Virus record (IMG/VR): IMGVR_UViG_3300047160_007712
Location: 1-50,683 of that record
DNA from: a virus
DNA length: 50,683 bases
Strand: one strand, 5' to 3'
The position numbers were made by a program, and so were the translations under genes. Under the pieces are notes generated by a model. It searched no databases. It was not told where the DNA came from and worked only from the letters and a program-made list of their open reading frames with translations. Below, piece by piece: positions 15,169 through 24,297 of the stretch. The first letter of the stretch is position 1. Each line of letters starts with the position of its first letter.

Positions 15169-16664
15169 AAATCATCTCCACCCACCTCACCGACCTAGAC
15201 ACCCTCACCGACTGGGAGAAGGATCAAGTCTACAATGGCCTCGATGTCTGCCAAACCGCCGCGATCTGGTCCGCCCTCGAGCCACAACTCGACGATCAAG
15301 CCCGCTCCACCTACGAGTTTTCAAAGTCACTTCAAGGCCCGGTGCTTGATATGCGGCTTCGAGGTTGCTTGGTGGACATGGAACGCCGCGACCAAGTCAT
15401 CGACGAATTCGCCGACCTCCTCGACCGCCTTGAGCGAGACCTTGACCGACTTATCCTCGAGGGCGTCGGCATGCTGTCCTTCAACTGGCGAAGCAATCGT
15501 GACCTGCAAGAGCTATTTTACAACCATCTCGCCCTGCCCGAAATCCTAAAGTCCGGCCGGCCAACCGTCGATCGCGCCGCCCGAGAACAACTCGAAAACT
15601 ACCCATCCGCCACCCAAATCGTCCGCCACATCAACCTCATGACCGAACTAGGAGACAAAATTGCAGTCCTTCGCACCGAAGTCGACCATGATCTCCGAAT
15701 TAGAACGAGCTATAACATCGCTGGCACAGGCACGGGTCGATTTAGTTCAAGCCTGTCCGAGTTCGGTACCGGGGGAAATCTCCAGAACGTTGAAGAGTCT
15801 CTCCGAAGTATCTTTATTGCTGACCGGGGTTATAAGTTTGCTAAATTCGACGCAAAGTCCGGCGAGTCATTCTGTGTCGGCGCTATCGAATGGGACCTAT
15901 TCCGCGACCCACGCTACCTCGACGCCTGCGAGTCTGGCGACCCTCACACAGCAGTTGCTCGACTGGTGTGGCCTTCCCTCCCATGGACCGGTGACCCAAA
16001 GCAAGATCGCAGTGTCGCCAACGGCAAATTCTATCGAGCTAAATCTTACCGTGACACTTGCAAAAACCTCGGCCATGGAACCAACTACCTAGCCCAACCA
16101 CCAACCCTCGCCGCGATGTACCGCGTTGACCTCGAGCTCGTTCAACAATTCCAGCCCAAGTACTTCGCCGCCTTCCCCGCCCACCAACTCTGGCACGAGT
16201 GGACAGCAGAACAACTCAAATCGAATGGCTTCCTCACCACCCTAACCGGCCGCCTTCGCCACTTCCACGGCCGACGCACTGACCCCCGCACCCTTCGCCA
16301 AGCGATCGCCTATTCCCCCCAAGGCTCCCTAGCAGACATCGTCAACCTCGCCATGCTCAACATCTGGCGCCAGAACATCGCCACCGTTATGTTCCAAGAC
16401 CACGACGCAATCACATTCATGTACCCCGAACACCTCGAAGACCACATCATCCCCTCCCTCCAGCGCAACCTCATCATCCCCATCCAACTCGCGGGCGGTC
16501 GCACCCTCCGCATACCCTACGACTGCAAGACCGGCTGGAACAAGTCCGAGTTTCATCCGGAGAAAAATCCAGATGGCTTAAAGGAGTGGGAAGGGCATGA
16601 CAACCGAAAGCGAACTCCACAAACAGAAATACTCGACAGGGTTATCTCAAGATCGACTGCGTAA
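15120..16664 (+). CDS. DNA polymerase part 2: ExoIII motif plus the family-A polymerase domain (514 aa as tracked). The frame is -1 relative to part 1.
   Basis: YNGLDVCQT is ExoIII. FDAKSGESF is motif A, RDTCKNLGHGTNY is motif B, and QDHDAITF is motif C. Confidence 0.8.
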   Translation: METPRQTGENHQRRQLKIISTHLTDLDTLTDWEKDQVYNGLDVCQTAAIWSALEPQLDDQARSTYEFSKSLQGPVLDMRLRGCLVDMERRDQVIDEFADLLDRLERDLDRLILEGVGMLSFNWRSNRDLQELFYNHLALPEILKSGRPTVDRAAREQLENYPSATQIVRHINLMTELGDKIAVLRTEVDHDLRIRTSYNIAGTGTGRFSSSLSEFGTGGNLQNVEESLRSIFIADRGYKFAKFDAKSGESFCVGAIEWDLFRDPRYLDACESGDPHTAVARLVWPSLPWTGDPKQDRSVANGKFYRAKSYRDTCKNLGHGTNYLAQPPTLAAMYRVDLELVQQFQPKYFAAFPAHQLWHEWTAEQLKSNGFLTTLTGRLRHFHGRRTDPRTLRQAIAYSPQGSLADIVNLAMLNIWRQNIATVMFQDHDAITFMYPEHLEDHIIPSLQRNLIIPIQLAGGRTLRIPYDCKTGWNKSEFHPEKNPDGLKEWEGHDNRKRTPQTEILDRVISRSTA

Positions 16665-17892
16665 GACTGATGCAGAGAATATTCTTGACACACCCCGCGG
16701 GGTTATAAACCGAAAGTGTGAGTCGTGGATTGCTAGCTTCATCGCTGAAACCTCCAACCTCGGCGCGCCCACCATCTGGCGGCAATGGGCGGCGATCTCT
16801 GTCATCGCCGCGGTCCTCGAACAGCGCGTTTGGCTCCAAACCTCCTCCCCGCTTTATCCCAACCTCTACCTAATGATCGTCGGCCCACCGGGCACTGGCA
16901 AGACCAGAACATTGCGTGTTGCCAAACGCCTGCTCCTAACCATCCCCGAGTTCGGCCTCGCCCCAACCTCCGTCACGTTCCCAGCCCTGGTCGACGCGAT
17001 GGACCTTTGCAAGCGCACCATCGCCATCCCAGGCTCTGACGAAGTCCAAGAATACAACTCCATCTACATCTGCGCGGAAGAGCTCGGCGCATTCATCCAC
17101 AAGTGGGATGAGGAAATGATCAAAGGCCTCTCCGCCTTCTACGACGTCGACCCCTACGCCCAGAACCGCCGAACCAACGATCTCAAGATCAAAATCGACC
17201 GGCCACAAGTCAACATGATCTGCGCCTGTACGCCCCAAGACCTGCTCAAACTCATGCCCGATGTCGCCTGGGGTCAGGGCTTTACCTCGCGCACTATCAT
17301 GATCTATTCCCCCGAGCGACTCAAGGTCGATGACTTCGCCCGCCGCCCGCCGCCCAAACTCCACAATCTCTCCTTCGACCTCAACATCATCCACAACCTC
17401 TCCGGGGAATTTCATGCGACTAAGGAATACATTTCGCGCGTTAATTCATGGATCGATCAAGGTGAGCCGCCCATTCCCAAACACCCTAAACTTCTCCATT
17501 ATATTTCCCGCAGAAAGGTTAATATTTATAAACTGTCAATGGTCGCATCGGTCGATCGATCAAACGCCCTCGTCCTCCGTGAGGAAGACTTCAATCGAGC
17601 TTACAACTGGCTATGTGAAGCCGAGTCACTCATGCCGGAGATCTTCAAAACCGGCGCGGTGAACCTCGACGCCCAGGCCATGGACGAAATCCGCCACTTT
17701 GTCATGGCGGCCGATCGGGGCAAGGGCGTTGAGGAACACAAGATCACCTACTTCGCGCGGGATAAGATCCAAATCAGCATGATCAAACACATGCTCGACA
17801 TCATGGAAGGGACAGGCATGCTGCGCAATCGCGGCGTTGATCCGCGGACGGGGTATCGCCTGTTCTCGGCCTCCGATCCCGAGGCCGATTAA
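16597..17892 (+). CDS. P-loop NTPase, DUF3987-like putative replicative helicase (431 aa)
   Basis: Walker A MIVGPPGTGKT and Walker B-like IYICAEELG. AAAGGAG lies 9 nt upstream of the ATG. It overlaps the polymerase 3' end by 68 nt. Confidence 0.6.
   Translation: MTTESELHKQKYSTGLSQDRLRKTDAENILDTPRGVINRKCESWIASFIAETSNLGAPTIWRQWAAISVIAAVLEQRVWLQTSSPLYPNLYLMIVGPPGTGKTRTLRVAKRLLLTIPEFGLAPTSVTFPALVDAMDLCKRTIAIPGSDEVQEYNSIYICAEELGAFIHKWDEEMIKGLSAFYDVDPYAQNRRTNDLKIKIDRPQVNMICACTPQDLLKLMPDVAWGQGFTSRTIMIYSPERLKVDDFARRPPPKLHNLSFDLNIIHNLSGEFHATKEYISRVNSWIDQGEPPIPKHPKLLHYISRRKVNIYKLSMVASVDRSNALVLREEDFNRAYNWLCEAESLMPEIFKTGAVNLDAQAMDEIRHFVMAADRGKGVEEHKITYFARDKIQISMIKHMLDIMEGTGMLRNRGVDPRTGYRLFSASDPEAD
17866..17888. 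terminator. Hairpin at the convergence point of the two arms
   Basis: TCGGCCTC (17866-17873) pairs with GAGGCCGA (17881-17888) around a 7-nt loop. There is no clear U tract on either strand. Confidence 0.25.
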
Positions 17893-18356
17893 CCCCCGGC
17901 CGGCGTTTCGGCCCTAGCCACATACTCCCCAAGCACAAATTCCCTATGCTCGCCATTGCGCCGAGTCACAATCTCGGGCGGTTGGTCCCACCACAGCAAC
18001 GCCTCAGCCGCGCCGGGTTTATCCCCCGCATTGAGCCGCTGAAGGAACGTCGAGTTCAAGAAATTCGTCGAGCCGACATTAAACACAAACGAACAACACG
18101 CATCATGCTCCCACTGCGTCAACACCGTCGTCACCGCCAGCGCGACTTCATCCCTAAACGTCGCGGCGTCATTGTAGAAGATCTGCTCGGCCTGTTCTTC
18201 CGTAATCACCATTCCCTGATAAACCGTCGGCGGCCCAGCGGCGGAGGTATGGCCGAGGCCGATCGTCAGCACCCCCGTCGTGTCCAGATACGCCTCTAGC
18301 CTCAAGCCCTCGCGCTCATGCAAAACCCTATACCCGTCCTCGCTGAGTATCATCAC
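17889..18356 (-). CDS. Endolysin, GH24 (T4/lambda-type) lysozyme (155 aa)
   Basis: HEREGLRLEAYLDTTGVLTIGLGH matches the E-x8-D-x5-T catalytic signature of the lysozyme family. Confidence 0.85.
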   Translation of the reverse strand: MMILSEDGYRVLHEREGLRLEAYLDTTGVLTIGLGHTSAAGPPTVYQGMVITEEQAEQIFYNDAATFRDEVALAVTTVLTQWEHDACCSFVFNVGSTNFLNSTFLQRLNAGDKPGAAEALLWWDQPPEIVTRRNGEHREFVLGEYVARAETPAGG

Positions 18357-18580
18357 TCCCTCCCTTCTTCTGTCAACTTCCCCCGCACTGTTTCACAATC
18401 CTCAACAACCGTAATGATCTTCCCATCGGTCATGTGCAGCAGACACTTGATCCCGGGGGCGAAATGTTCTGCCACTCTTGGTTCCCGCACGCTCACCACC
18501 TCGCGGGGGTTGACATCAATCCACTGCCCATCTGGCCCGGACAGTTGCACCAACACCACGGCTAGGATCGTTGGGCCCAT
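18353..18580 (-). CDS. Small protein (75 aa), function unknown
   Basis: ATG 18580 lies 3 nt after the upstream stop. The track ORF starts 6 nt earlier at TTG. Confidence 0.5.
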   Translation of the reverse strand: MGPTILAVVLVQLSGPDGQWIDVNPREVVSVREPRVAEHFAPGIKCLLHMTDGKIITVVEDCETVRGKLTEEGRE

Positions 18581-18582
18581 GA

Positions 18583-21500
18583 TCAATACGCCCTTCCGCG
18601 AATTCGATTAATCACCGTCGACGAGTGGTGCAAGCCCGTCCCATACCTCGCCCCAACCAGCCATCCCCACGGGCCCTTGGGATGCTCGAGGCCGTGCTTC
18701 ACACCATAGGCATAAGCCGCAACATTGCCCAACTCTTGTGGCACAAGCCCCTTCAACAACAACCCCGCAAGGCCGGCGAAGTCCTTGATCAACCTCTGTG
18801 CATGGGCCGGCGACATCGGCTGCTTCTTCCAAACATCCTCATAAACCTTCTGCAATTCCTTCACGCCGGTCTGGGACAATCCCAACGTCACATCGCCGCC
18901 CTCGATCAACGAATGCGCCACATCCCGCACCAGTGGCAAAGTCGAGGACTCGGTGTATGCCATTGCCTTCGCGGCCTTCTTGCCCCAACTATCCCCGGGC
19001 TCGGACTTGATCGGCGAGACGAGCTGCTCGATGATCGCCGGCCAAATCGCCGCAGCGAACAACCCCGCCGCAATCTTCGGCACCATCCCCATCGCCGCAT
19101 CTCGATCCCCGGCCTTCGCATGGCCCGCCGCTTCCCCCGCCATCCACAGCACCTCCATCGTTCGATTAAACATCGTCGACCAGAAGTTGTAAATCGACGT
19201 GAACCATGGGTTGAAACTCCGCTGAAATTGACTCATGTTGGTAATCGCCACATCCCCATGCGCCCGCCTCACCGCGCGCTCACCGGCGTAAATCGCATCG
19301 GCCTGGGTTCGCCCCTCATCAATCGCCCTCATATATCCCCCGAGAAACGTCGGGTTGCTCGACAGCAAATCTCCAAGCGCCACGGGTTTTGAATAAAGCC
19401 TCTCGGCCCGCATGTGTAATGTACTTTCCCCAGTCTGCGATGCAATCTGGCCGTAGAGTGTCTCTTGCCAATTCCTGTCCCGCGCCCGAAGCAACTCAGA
19501 CTTCTCCTTAATCCACTTATAATTCCTCTGCCCGGTTTCCTCATTCACCTCAAACAGCGCCCTCACCGCGCGGAGGAAGTACTCAGGCCCGACTTGGACG
19601 ATTGATGTCATCAGCGCGGTGGGTGTGTGCTTGGCAAATGTCCCGAGATTAGCCCCGGTCAAGACCGTGACCAGATTGCGCCGCAACGACTCTGCCCATG
19701 AGTTCGCATATGCTTGATTCGCAGTGAGATAATCCCGATTATTCGCCACATCCCGCACATACGACTTCAACATATCCGCATATTCCGTCCCAACATGCAG
19801 CGAGATCGCCGAGGTAATTCGCTTGTCGAAGAAGATCTTACTCGCATTGATCAGCGCCGGCCGCATGGCGATGTCATGCAACTGCTGGCGGATTAAAAAC
19901 GGCACACTCTTCAAATCCAACGCTAGTGGTGCAACGTACCCCGTTCGATCCCTCGCCCAGGAATTTGTCGGAAGGCCGGAGATGAAGTTCGACCCGAGTA
20001 GCGAATCGCCCTTACCAGCAAGGTCCTTGTTAACCCCATCATGAAACGTCGGGTGGAAGTCACTCGTCGGGAAATATCCGCCGCGATATGTGCCGAACTT
20101 GGTTTGGATCGGCTGGAACTTGATCGAGTCCGGCGCAACGCCCCCACTGAGTGACCGATATGACCGATCTCCGCGCTGTTTGATCTCGGCGAATATATCA
20201 TCCCAAATCCTCTGGACATAGTCCCAATGTTCCTTCTCGGCGACCTCATGCACCCATCCCTCGACCTGCTCGGGCTTGAGCGCATAACCATTCGCGCGTT
20301 TGAACAAATTCGACTTCGGTCCATCCCTCGAGCCCATATCGAGCATGATCCTTATCAAATTCTCCACGTTAAAATCCAACAACTGCCCAAAACCCCCACC
20401 CTTAAATGGCACACGGAACAACGGGTTCGACACGGGCTTGGACATATCAATGTCCCCCTTGAGGTCCTCAAACCTCTTTGCAAATTCCCTGTTCCAAGTT
20501 CGTTCTTGTAAATTGCCATCGATTAAATCCCTTAACCCCCACTGTTGCCACGGGCCCCATTGGTCGAAATGATCCCACCAATTCAGCACAAATTCCGCCT
20601 TCAGCCCCATGACCGAGAACACCCGTGGGAGCCTAAGCCCCTTCTCCAACCAACCAGCCCGCCCTTCACCTGCGGCGTATTTAACCTCGCCGAACCGCTC
20701 AAGGCTTTGGGTCAGTTCGCCGATCTTATCATCAAGATCCGCCTTCTCGCCCGCGCTGACAATCTTCCTCTCCTCGCGCCCGTTATGGTTCAGCGTCTTC
20801 AACGAGTCATGCAGCGCGGCGAACTGCGCGCCCGTCATCTCCTTCCAATTCCCAGCAGTGGCGTTGATCAATTCCTCCGCAACGGGCATAACGCGCCCGA
20901 ACCGCTGCTTTGCGTCGGTGAAATCCGCCAACGTCCCCGTCCCACGATCGGCGATGTCCGCGGCGATGGCTTGCACTGACCGCCGCACCGGATACCCAAC
21001 CGCGATCATAATCTGGTGCATGTAGTTCAAATACTCCACATCAATCGGCAAATCCCGCAGCTTCTCGCCCGAGCCCATTTTGCCAACGGTCTCGGTCAGC
21101 GCGTTCATCTGCTTAATGCGCTTTTCATATTCCTTCACCTCTGCGGCGATATACCCCGCACGAGCCCGCCGTTGCAGCGCCTGCACCGCGGTGGCCGGAT
21201 CGCCATTTGCCAACGACCGAATGACAAGTTCCTGCGCCCGCCTAATCACACTCCCCCATTTGTCCGACGACATCGACCCAATGGGCAATTCCCCCGCATC
21301 TTTCACCGCCTCGGCCTTGATCACTTCCTTATCAACCGCCGTGACCCCATGCCGCCACGCAGCGCCGAGATATTCCTCGGTGAGATAGTTGGTCTCTGCC
21401 TCACTCAGCGCCCGATCTTTGGCCTCGCTCAGCACATTCTCCGGCAAATCTCCATGCACCGCCTCCATCCGCCGATCGGTTTCAGCATTAACCAGTGCGG

Positions 21501-24297
21501 CGAAATGTTCTCGCGCAGTCAAACCGCCCTTGGTGGTTTGATACCCAACCAACGCCTCGACCAAGGCGTCTTTTCCATTAAACCCGAACAGCCGCGCCAC
21601 GTCATCCGCCGGGAAGCCGGACTTGCTAACATACCGCGGCGGCAATGCGGCGATCTGCTCGGGGGTTAGGTCAGCCGAACTCAGACTGTGCCTCGTTTTG
21701 CCCGTATCTTCCCCATACAATTGCCCCGCTCCAAGGAACAAATCGGCCGCAGTTGTGGGCCGATGTTGGACCTGTTCCTCAACCCTGACCTTCATCTCCT
21801 TGCGATTGTCCCGCCACTCCTTCCCTTGCCGGATGGTTTCATCCTTCTCGGCCTTCTTCATCGCGGCTGCGAGATCGCGGGCATAGCGTTCGTGGGCGAG
21901 CTTGGACAGATTAGCGTAGGTCTCAGCGTCCAGCCTAAGCCCTGAAGCTTTGAGGTTGTTGAGCTGGTCCTCAGCCATCGCTCGGGGCTCAACCTGCGCC
22001 ATCATCTCGCGCTGATGCAACGGCACACCTTCCCGTCGCCCAATCGCGCCCTCACCGGCTTGCTGGAACAACTCCTCCCATGTAGGTTCGTGCCCGAGCA
22101 ATGCCGTGATCCGATCCTTAATCGCCTTGAAGAACTCGGCGAGTTTCGCGAAGATCTGCCCGACGGGCGAATACTCCCGCACCGCTTCGCCCGCATCTCG
22201 GGCCTGGAGGTAGTGTCTAAACCCCTCCGCGATCGCTTCCTCGTCCCGCATCGCTGGGCTAGCATTTGGGTATCGTGTGTCGATGTGATATCGCTCGTGC
22301 CAACCCTCATCCCGCGCCGCATCGACCAGCGTCGTCCATTCATTATCCTTGATCAAGCCCTCTTGTCGAAGCCAATGCAAGCCCTCATGCCGCCCAGTTC
22401 CCAACGGGTTCCCGCTAAGCAAATCATGCACAATCCAACCCGAGCCCTCATGCAAGCCCTGGTACAGGCCCTGAGCCCGCCGACCACCGACCATCAACCC
22501 CGACGTGGTAACAACCTTCGCCTTTCCACCGGTGATCTTAGCAATTTCCTCCCGGGCGATTTTATCCAGCGCCGCTTGGTTCTTCGTCATCAACTCCGTC
22601 GGGAACGGCCGCGCTGACCAGTGCTCACTCATTTGCCTATAGGCCAACCCGTGGAAGATGTCCTGCATAGGTTCAACGACATTCCAGTCATTGGGCGTGT
22701 CGAGCCGAATCGTCACCATCTCCGGCCGACCCTCTCGGGCACCAGAGACCCGATAACCACTGATCGTCTCAGCTTCAGGGTACATCTGCTTGAGCTGCCG
22801 CACCAAATCCCTAATCAACGCCGGCCCAAAGTCATTCGCCCACATCCCGGCGATGCCGTTGATGTTTTCAATTTCAATGTTTTTGCCTTGCGGTGTGATC
22901 ACCATCCCACCGACCGGCCGACCATTCTCGTCGAGAATATCCAGCCCATGCATGCTTGGGCCGACATCGGTCTGGGCGAGACTCAGCTTCCTGTCCCCCA
23001 TTGAGAACATGGGCTCAAGGCCAAACGCGCCCCTCACCTGCGCGAGTGGATCATCCACCATCGCCTTGGGCACTGCCCCGGCCAGTTGCTTGGCCTCCTC
23101 GGCGCTCACCCCACCAGGCCAAATGGAAACAAAATCATCCAACTGCTTCGCTAACCCCGGGTCGATCTTCGCGATCCAATCCGCGATCGGTATCTCGACA
23201 TCCGCGCCCGCCTTCCGCGCTAGGTCGAGCTTCTTCCCAATCCCCTTCACCCAGCCCAGCAACCCATCGCCCGGTTCGGGGAGTTTGTCGCCATAGAGGC
23301 CGATTGCATCTTCGGCTGGGATGGATACATTACTCCGACCGTATTTGAATTGCACAAAATCCTTAAACAGTCGATCGGACAATTCTTTGGTCTTTGCATC
23401 CTGCGCCAGGGAGGTGATTCGATCAATCTCCTTCACCAACTCCGCATTGACCCCAGCCTTCACGGCGTCAATGAGCGGATGAATTCCCTTCGGCACTTCC
23501 CTCCCCGCTTCGCCCCATAGCCTCAATGCCGCGCCGAATTCCTTGCCGAATTCCCCACCCTTTACAAGCCCTGGTTCGGTGATCCGGCGCTCGAGCTCAC
23601 CCGACACATCGCGGCCGAGTTGTTCGGCAGTGCCAATGCGCCCGACCCAACCCGACGCATCAATCCCGACCTTGCCAAGGGCAGAGACCACATCCTGTGG
23701 CAACGCCCCAAGCGGCGCGGCTTCCTCCGCAACCATCGCGCCCGCACCATGAATCGCGCCCATGAGGAGGTTTGAAACGCCCTCCGTCGCAACCTCGCCC
23801 AGGTTCAACCCAACCGTCGCGGCGAAGTTCGACATCAGCGCCCGATGTTTGTCCAAGGCTGGGAACAACTCACCGACTTGATCCGGGGTGTATTGCGTAA
23901 TCGGCCGATTGAAGTCCTCCTTCGCGGCCGACCATCCAACCCCGAGTGTATCCCAGGGTGTATGCAACGCCTTGATCATCTGCGCCGACGTGTTCGCGGC
24001 GCTTGAGATGTTCGCCAAATTCCCCCAATCATCCTGACTGACCGCCGCGGCCATGGGGTGGGAATGGATATACGCCATCAGCTCCGCATCGCTCGACACC
24101 AACCGGGTCGCTAGTGAGCCCTTGTATTCCTTCTCAAACCCATCCGGATCGCCCGCGATGACCTCAGGCGCAACGCCCGATGAGTCGGACAGCGACGTAA
24201 TCCGCGCCGCTTCCTCGGGCGATGTCTCCATCCCCGTGACGGTTCGGGCCTTAGCGGCGGTGATGTAACTATCAACCGCGTCGGAATAATCGGTCAT
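18583..24297 (-). CDS. Giant internal virion/ejection-type protein (1904 aa) with a zincin HExxH motif
   Basis: Track ORF in the T7 gp16 position. HEGLH is at residues 637-641 (22375-22389), with EEAIAEGF downstream. Hydrophobic segments lie near the C-terminus. Confidence 0.7.
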   Translation of the reverse strand: MTDYSDAVDSYITAAKARTVTGMETSPEEAARITSLSDSSGVAPEVIAGDPDGFEKEYKGSLATRLVSSDAELMAYIHSHPMAAAVSQDDWGNLANISSAANTSAQMIKALHTPWDTLGVGWSAAKEDFNRPITQYTPDQVGELFPALDKHRALMSNFAATVGLNLGEVATEGVSNLLMGAIHGAGAMVAEEAAPLGALPQDVVSALGKVGIDASGWVGRIGTAEQLGRDVSGELERRITEPGLVKGGEFGKEFGAALRLWGEAGREVPKGIHPLIDAVKAGVNAELVKEIDRITSLAQDAKTKELSDRLFKDFVQFKYGRSNVSIPAEDAIGLYGDKLPEPGDGLLGWVKGIGKKLDLARKAGADVEIPIADWIAKIDPGLAKQLDDFVSIWPGGVSAEEAKQLAGAVPKAMVDDPLAQVRGAFGLEPMFSMGDRKLSLAQTDVGPSMHGLDILDENGRPVGGMVITPQGKNIEIENINGIAGMWANDFGPALIRDLVRQLKQMYPEAETISGYRVSGAREGRPEMVTIRLDTPNDWNVVEPMQDIFHGLAYRQMSEHWSARPFPTELMTKNQAALDKIAREEIAKITGGKAKVVTTSGLMVGGRRAQGLYQGLHEGSGWIVHDLLSGNPLGTGRHEGLHWLRQEGLIKDNEWTTLVDAARDEGWHERYHIDTRYPNASPAMRDEEAIAEGFRHYLQARDAGEAVREYSPVGQIFAKLAEFFKAIKDRITALLGHEPTWEELFQQAGEGAIGRREGVPLHQREMMAQVEPRAMAEDQLNNLKASGLRLDAETYANLSKLAHERYARDLAAAMKKAEKDETIRQGKEWRDNRKEMKVRVEEQVQHRPTTAADLFLGAGQLYGEDTGKTRHSLSSADLTPEQIAALPPRYVSKSGFPADDVARLFGFNGKDALVEALVGYQTTKGGLTAREHFAALVNAETDRRMEAVHGDLPENVLSEAKDRALSEAETNYLTEEYLGAAWRHGVTAVDKEVIKAEAVKDAGELPIGSMSSDKWGSVIRRAQELVIRSLANGDPATAVQALQRRARAGYIAAEVKEYEKRIKQMNALTETVGKMGSGEKLRDLPIDVEYLNYMHQIMIAVGYPVRRSVQAIAADIADRGTGTLADFTDAKQRFGRVMPVAEELINATAGNWKEMTGAQFAALHDSLKTLNHNGREERKIVSAGEKADLDDKIGELTQSLERFGEVKYAAGEGRAGWLEKGLRLPRVFSVMGLKAEFVLNWWDHFDQWGPWQQWGLRDLIDGNLQERTWNREFAKRFEDLKGDIDMSKPVSNPLFRVPFKGGGFGQLLDFNVENLIRIMLDMGSRDGPKSNLFKRANGYALKPEQVEGWVHEVAEKEHWDYVQRIWDDIFAEIKQRGDRSYRSLSGGVAPDSIKFQPIQTKFGTYRGGYFPTSDFHPTFHDGVNKDLAGKGDSLLGSNFISGLPTNSWARDRTGYVAPLALDLKSVPFLIRQQLHDIAMRPALINASKIFFDKRITSAISLHVGTEYADMLKSYVRDVANNRDYLTANQAYANSWAESLRRNLVTVLTGANLGTFAKHTPTALMTSIVQVGPEYFLRAVRALFEVNEETGQRNYKWIKEKSELLRARDRNWQETLYGQIASQTGESTLHMRAERLYSKPVALGDLLSSNPTFLGGYMRAIDEGRTQADAIYAGERAVRRAHGDVAITNMSQFQRSFNPWFTSIYNFWSTMFNRTMEVLWMAGEAAGHAKAGDRDAAMGMVPKIAAGLFAAAIWPAIIEQLVSPIKSEPGDSWGKKAAKAMAYTESSTLPLVRDVAHSLIEGGDVTLGLSQTGVKELQKVYEDVWKKQPMSPAHAQRLIKDFAGLAGLLLKGLVPQELGNVAAYAYGVKHGLEHPKGPWGWLVGARYGTGLHHSSTVINRIRGRAY

